Assembly (NCBI GenBank): GCA_041489155.1
Contig: JBGPQP010000016.1
Span: 1-19,577, forward strand
Direction of reading: 5' to 3'
DNA: 19,577 nt
DNA from: Candidatus Aenigmatarchaeota archaeon
Lineage (GTDB): Archaea > Aenigmatarchaeota > Aenigmatarchaeia > QMZP01 > QMZT01
The notes beneath the pieces are model-generated. The model worked only from the letters and a program-made list of their open reading frames with translations. It made no database searches and was not told the DNA's origin. The translations under genes and the position numbers were made by a program. Shown one piece after another: positions 16,053 to 19,577 of the stretch. The number at the start of each line of letters is the position of its first letter. The first letter of the stretch is position 1.

Positions 16053-18953
16053 CTATAACAATTCTATTCCCGGCTTCCCCGGCATCGCCTTTGCCGCCTT
16101 GTCGCTTGCTGACGCCTCAGCGCGGGAGATTTCGACATTCAGGTTGAATTCATGCTTGAGGAATTTCGCTGCCTCCAGCAAAGCGCCAAACTCCTCGTCC
16201 TGGCCGAGGATTTGGGACGGCAGCTTTGACGGGTCCTTGACGACGGACGGGACGAACCTGGAGATTTCCTGGCCGTGCTCCTTGTCCACCACCGCCTTCA
16301 TTATCTTGCCTATGTCCCTGGTTTTCTCCATTTCGTCCTTCAGCTTCTGGAAGAAGGCGTATTTCCACTTGGGTGAAACGAAAAGCCTGATCTTCTTCGG
16401 CTCGATTTTCACGAGCCTGAGCACGCTCCTGATATCTTCTGTGACGCAGTCCACCAGCTCGTCGGAAGCGACGAATTTCTCGTTTATCATCTTCTTATCG
16501 CTTTCAGGCCAGCCCCGGAGCGAGGAGAAGCCTTTGCCGCCAGACTTTTCCCACAACTCCTCGCTGATGTGCGGCACAACAGGATTGAGCATGCGTATGT
16601 ATTTGTCCACGAAAAGCCCGTAAACTGCATGCAATTCATTCGCGTCCGAGCGGCGCTTCAGCTTCTTCAGCCATGAGGGGATCGAATAAAGCACTATGCT
16701 GCCGTAATCCCTGAGGCGCATTTCGGACAAAGCTTTGTCCGCTTCGGCGACAGCGGCCTCGAATCTGGCCATGAAAGCCCTGCCGAGAGAACCCAGCTCT
16801 TCGTGTCCGCGCTTTTTATGCTCATGGTTTCGCCTGCGGATTGCTTCTGCGACCATTTCGTATATTCCAGAAAGCGTTTTCTGGATGTTCTCGGCTTCGT
16901 TCGTCTTCCAGTCGAACGTGCCTTCAAGATTCGTCGCCGTAGAGATGTACGCGCGGAACGTGTCCGCCCCATACGTATTCTTGACGTCCAGCAGCGTGAT
17001 GACATTGCCCTTCGACTTCGACATCTTCATGCCACCGCTCTGAACAAACCCATGGAAGGAAATCTTCTTCGGCCAGTATTTCTCCGGGAAAATGCCCGCG
17101 TGGGCGAAGATGAAGAATGAAAGATGGTTGGAAAGATGGGCGACGTACGTATGGCGGTGGTCGTTCGGGTACCAGTAGTCGAACTGCGAGCGCATCTCTT
17201 TCAGGTTTTCTGCAGGGATATGAGTAAGCTTGCTCACGTGCATCGCATCGCCTTCGCCAAGATAAACGTAATCGAAAAATGCCGTTTCTAGCTGCTCAGG
17301 CTTTATCCTGTACTTGTTTATCAGGTTCTTGATGATGTAGAAGCTCATGTAAATCGTCGAGTCGGACAGCGATTCTATTATCCAGTCACGGTTGAAAGGC
17401 AGCGGCGTCCCCAGGCCCCTCCTCCTCGCTGCCGGCCTCTTGTCAAGCCATTCGAACGTATCTTCAAAGAGTTTTCTCATCGTGCCAGGCAGCAGCTCCA
17501 TTTCCCTGAGGCATCTGGAAGCGAGCGGTTTCCAGCCTTTGGCGTTGAAGTCGAGGAACCACTGGTCTTCCAGGACGGAGACCACGACTCTGGTTCCGTC
17601 CCTGCAGAAAGCGGCTCTGGACGTTTCATAAATAACATCCGCCTCGCCGCTTTCGATGAGCTCCTTTTTCACCGCATCCTTCGCATCGATGACTTTCATG
17701 CCTGCATATTTGCCGCAGTTCTCGTTCATCACGCCAGTGTGGAAGCCTTCCTTGTAAATCGTCTGCGTCGCCCCCTCCAGGCGAGGATCATGCTGGTTAG
17801 CCAGCGAAAGCTGCTCCGATATCCGCAGAGCGGCAAGGTCGCCCCAGCCCGGAATTTTTATGATTGGTATCGGCTTTATTTTCCTGACCTCCTCGGTGTC
17901 CAGGCCGTATTTCTTGCAGGTTTCCCTGTCGTTCTGCAGGTCCTTCAGCGCCATCCAGTCGTACGGCGCGTCAGAAGGTACGCTGGTAACGATGCCGCTC
18001 CCGACATTCGCTTCAACGAACGTGGAAGGGAGAATAATGACTTTCTTGCCGATGCCCGGTGCTCTTGCGTATTGGCCTATAAGGTCCGCTCCTTTTACGT
18101 AGCCTGCCGCCTTCAGGCCTTTCTTCTGGAAATTTAGTTTTTCGTAGCCTTCCCTGCTCATGACCCAGGTCTCTTCACCAGCTGCGATTTTCATGTATTC
18201 GGTTTCCGGGTTCACCCAGAGATTCGTTTGTCCGAATACGGTCTCGGGCCTCAGCGTCGCGGCAACCAGAATCAGGCCGTCGTCCATCCTGAATTTAAGG
18301 AGCGTGAATTCGAGTTTCGAGACGGGATTGGTGTCCGCGTCCTGTATGTCGTCCTCGCCGACGGCGTTCTCGCATTTGGGGCAGTAAAGCACGGGATAGC
18401 TGCCTTTTATCAGGTAATTCTTGTCCCGGTATTTCATGAACTGCCAGGTTATGAACTTCTGGTAGTCGGGGTCGCCAGTCGTGAAGCGCCTCGTCCAGTC
18501 GATGCTCAGGCCGAGAGAGGCATATTCATCCATCATTTTGGGGATAAAGAAGTTGACAATGTTCCACGGCTCGCTGAAGGAGCGCACGATTTTGGCAGCT
18601 TCCTTTTCATTCTTCACGTAATTGCGGACATAGCTCTTATACAGATCGATTTTTGCCTGGTCGCATGCTTCGATTGCGGCGGATATGCCAAGCACCGGCG
18701 TTCCGGTTATGTGGAACGCCAGCGGGTAGAGAACGTTGAAGCCCTTCATGCGCATGTAGCGCACGTAGATGTCGCTTTCAGCCACTGCTCGCCCGTGGCC
18801 GATGTGGAGGCTGCCTGAGATGTACGGATAAGGCGTGGTGAAGAAGAACTTCTTCTTCCCGCGGTCGATTTTGGGCTCGAATATTCTGCCCTCCCTCCAC
18901 CGCTTCTGCCATTTTTCCTCGGTCTTCCTGAAGTCGTGCGCGCTCTCTGCCAT
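16053..18953 (-). CDS. leuS: leucyl-tRNA synthetase, archaeal/eukaryotic type
   Basis: PYPYISGSLHIGH, KMSKSKGN, CP1 editing motifs ATLRPET and GSGIVTSVPSDAPYD, WIIESLSDSTIY, and C-terminal AMPGKPGI. Confidence 0.97.
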   Translation of the reverse strand: MAESAHDFRKTEEKWQKRWREGRIFEPKIDRGKKKFFFTTPYPYISGSLHIGHGRAVAESDIYVRYMRMKGFNVLYPLAFHITGTPVLGISAAIEACDQAKIDLYKSYVRNYVKNEKEAAKIVRSFSEPWNIVNFFIPKMMDEYASLGLSIDWTRRFTTGDPDYQKFITWQFMKYRDKNYLIKGSYPVLYCPKCENAVGEDDIQDADTNPVSKLEFTLLKFRMDDGLILVAATLRPETVFGQTNLWVNPETEYMKIAAGEETWVMSREGYEKLNFQKKGLKAAGYVKGADLIGQYARAPGIGKKVIILPSTFVEANVGSGIVTSVPSDAPYDWMALKDLQNDRETCKKYGLDTEEVRKIKPIPIIKIPGWGDLAALRISEQLSLANQHDPRLEGATQTIYKEGFHTGVMNENCGKYAGMKVIDAKDAVKKELIESGEADVIYETSRAAFCRDGTRVVVSVLEDQWFLDFNAKGWKPLASRCLREMELLPGTMRKLFEDTFEWLDKRPAARRRGLGTPLPFNRDWIIESLSDSTIYMSFYIIKNLINKYRIKPEQLETAFFDYVYLGEGDAMHVSKLTHIPAENLKEMRSQFDYWYPNDHRHTYVAHLSNHLSFFIFAHAGIFPEKYWPKKISFHGFVQSGGMKMSKSKGNVITLLDVKNTYGADTFRAYISTATNLEGTFDWKTNEAENIQKTLSGIYEMVAEAIRRRNHEHKKRGHEELGSLGRAFMARFEAAVAEADKALSEMRLRDYGSIVLYSIPSWLKKLKRRSDANELHAVYGLFVDKYIRMLNPVVPHISEELWEKSGGKGFSSLRGWPESDKKMINEKFVASDELVDCVTEDIRSVLRLVKIEPKKIRLFVSPKWKYAFFQKLKDEMEKTRDIGKIMKAVVDKEHGQEISRFVPSVVKDPSKLPSQILGQDEEFGALLEAAKFLKHEFNLNVEISRAEASASDKAAKAMPGKPGIELL

Positions 18954-18964
18954 ACGTATTGCCC

Positions 18965-19004
18965 TTTTAAATAATATTAATAGACTGCCGGGTATTATAT
19001 AAAA
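18965..19004. promoter_or_regulatory. AT-rich divergent promoter region for leuS (-) and tRNA-Arg (+)
   Basis: TTTTAAATA (18965-18973, +) and TTTTATATAA (19004-18995, -), each about 40 nt upstream of the respective gene start. Confidence 0.5.
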
Positions 19005-19031
19005 TAATCAAGGGCGTGTAGCTCAGCTGGA

Positions 19032-19071
19032 AACAAGGGAAGAAACAGACCTGGTCTGTTTCGGTCTGCAG
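19032..19071 (+). other. tRNA intron 1 (40 nt, D-loop, after position 20)
   Basis: Relaxed BHB: GCTG (19026-29) / CTGC (19066-69) with one U.U mismatch, bulges GA|A and AG|T, inner AC/GT pairs. Internal hairpin GAAACAGACC-T-GGTCTGTTTC. Removal restores the typical Arg GGATAGAGC. Boundary could be off by 1 nt. Confidence 0.75.
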
Positions 19072-19089
19072 TAGAGCGCTGGCCTTCTA

Positions 19090-19176
19090 TGCAGTTCTGC
19101 GCCATTGGGTGCGGGGCAAAGCTTGGAAGATTTGAAACGAAGGGGTTTCTGCTTCTTCGTTGATGATAAAGAAGAA
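19090..19176 (+). other. tRNA intron 2 (87 nt, canonical 37/38 position)
   Basis: Central 4-bp helix CTTC (19084-87) / GAAG (19171-74), bulges TA|T and AA|A, closed by the anticodon stem. Confidence 0.88.
19118..19170 (+). ncRNA. putative intron-encoded box C/D guide RNA (target U34)
   Basis: Guide GCTTGGAAG at 19121-29, D-like TTGA at 19132-35, 10-bp hairpin 19136-19161, C-like TGATGA at 19161-66. The D+5 nucleotide A19127 pairs with U34. Confidence 0.6.
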
Positions 19177-19218
19177 AGCCTGAGGTCGGGGGTCCGAATC
19201 CCCCCACGCCCGTCTGTC

Positions 19219-19243
19219 TTTTTAAAAATTTTTCAAAATAAAA
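19219..19243. terminator. bidirectional T-tract terminator between tRNA-Arg (+) and tbp (-)
   Basis: TTTTTAAAAATTTTTCAAAATAAAA gives oligo-T runs on both strands between convergent genes. Confidence 0.55.
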
Positions 19244-19255
19244 AGCTGGCAGGAT

Positions 19256-19576
19256 TCACTCCGCCATCGGCTTTACCTTAACGCCGATTTCCTCGAGCTT
19301 GATTTTGAACTTGTCCAGCGCGCGGTAGATGTCGTCCACGCTTTGCGCGCCCGTGCAGATTATCTTGCCCGAGCTGAACAGCAGGAATGCAACGCGCGGC
19401 TCGCTTATCCTGTAGACGAGACCCGGGAACTGCTCCGGCTCATACTCGGCATTTTCAAGGGAGAAGGCGATGTCTTCGAGATTCAGGTCAGCCTTTATCC
19501 TCGCTGATGCTACTATGTTCTCCACCTGTATCGGATATTTGTCAGGGACTTTAATGCCGGTTTCCTTTATCTTCGC
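19256..19576 (-). CDS. tbp: TATA-binding protein, C-terminal repeat (5' part outside window)
   Basis: The frame is open to the window edge: ...AKIKETGIKVPDKYPIQVENIVAS...AEYEPEQFPGLVYRISEPRVAFLLFSSGKIICTGA. The 89-aa ORF-track start is internal. Confidence 0.97.
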   Translation of the reverse strand, partial: AKIKETGIKVPDKYPIQVENIVASARIKADLNLEDIAFSLENAEYEPEQFPGLVYRISEPRVAFLLFSSGKIICTGAQSVDDIYRALDKFKIKLEEIGVKVKPMAE

Positions 19577-19577
19577 G

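Larger units (their letters stand above)
19012..19212 (+). tRNA. tRNA-Arg(UCU) with two introns (D-loop 19032-19071; anticodon 37/38 19090-19176)
   Basis: Spliced sequence: GGGCGTG TA GCTC AGCTGGA|TA GAGC G CTGGC CT TCT A|A GCCTG AGGTC GGGGG TCCGAAT CCCCC CACGCCC G (74 nt). Acceptor, D and T stems are perfect. Anticodon TCT at 19086-19088. A20 and G73 fit Arg identity. No encoded CCA. Confidence 0.9.

Noticed and set aside
26..18818. Numerous 60-250 aa overlapping/antisense ORFs (e.g. 1444-1965, 5000-5683, 11849-12604, 14046-14435, 16099-16623, 18228-18818)
   Set aside because: They are shadow frames of well-supported genes, with no motifs or independent initiation signals.
19090..19176. Nested introns using the extra GAAG copies at 19126 and 19139 as successive BHB helices
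   Set aside because: Neither copy has a supporting outer helix with the anticodon stem. They are better explained as the guide element and a hairpin arm.
18995..19207. 70-aa minus-strand ORF in the track
   Set aside because: It is the antisense of the intron-containing tRNA-Arg gene.
19180..19255. tRNA 3' end as an integration (att) site for a mobile element
   Set aside because: No duplicate of the tRNA 3' sequence and no integrase or transposase was seen in the window. tbp follows immediately.

Overview
Archaeal chromosomal window. Evidence for this is an archaeal-type LeuRS, TBP, an RPA32-like protein, a single-TRAM protein, BRE/TATA promoters and a BHB-intron tRNA. The surface-protein repertoire suggests a DPANN-like lineage (inference only). 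Left to right: a membrane-lipid block (3' end of inositol-1-phosphate synthase, a CDP-alcohol phosphatidyltransferase and two tandem cis-prenyltransferases, with RPA32-like, DUF131-like and PHP genes interspersed); a cell-surface block (1253-aa Cys/Asp-repeat protein, EamA transporter, two Ig-like/PKD membrane-anchored proteins, small ORFs); orphan genes; TRAM; leuS; a tRNA-Arg(UCU) gene not in the ORF track, interrupted by two introns; and the 3' half of tbp. The most striking observation is in the 87-nt anticodon intron of the tRNA. It carries box C/D-like motifs and a 9-nt antisense element that pairs with the spliced anticodon loop and places U34 exactly at the D+5 position. This makes it a candidate intron-encoded 2'-O-methylation guide, which might also target tRNA-Gly(UCC). 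All calls are from manual reading and motif recognition; no searches were run.
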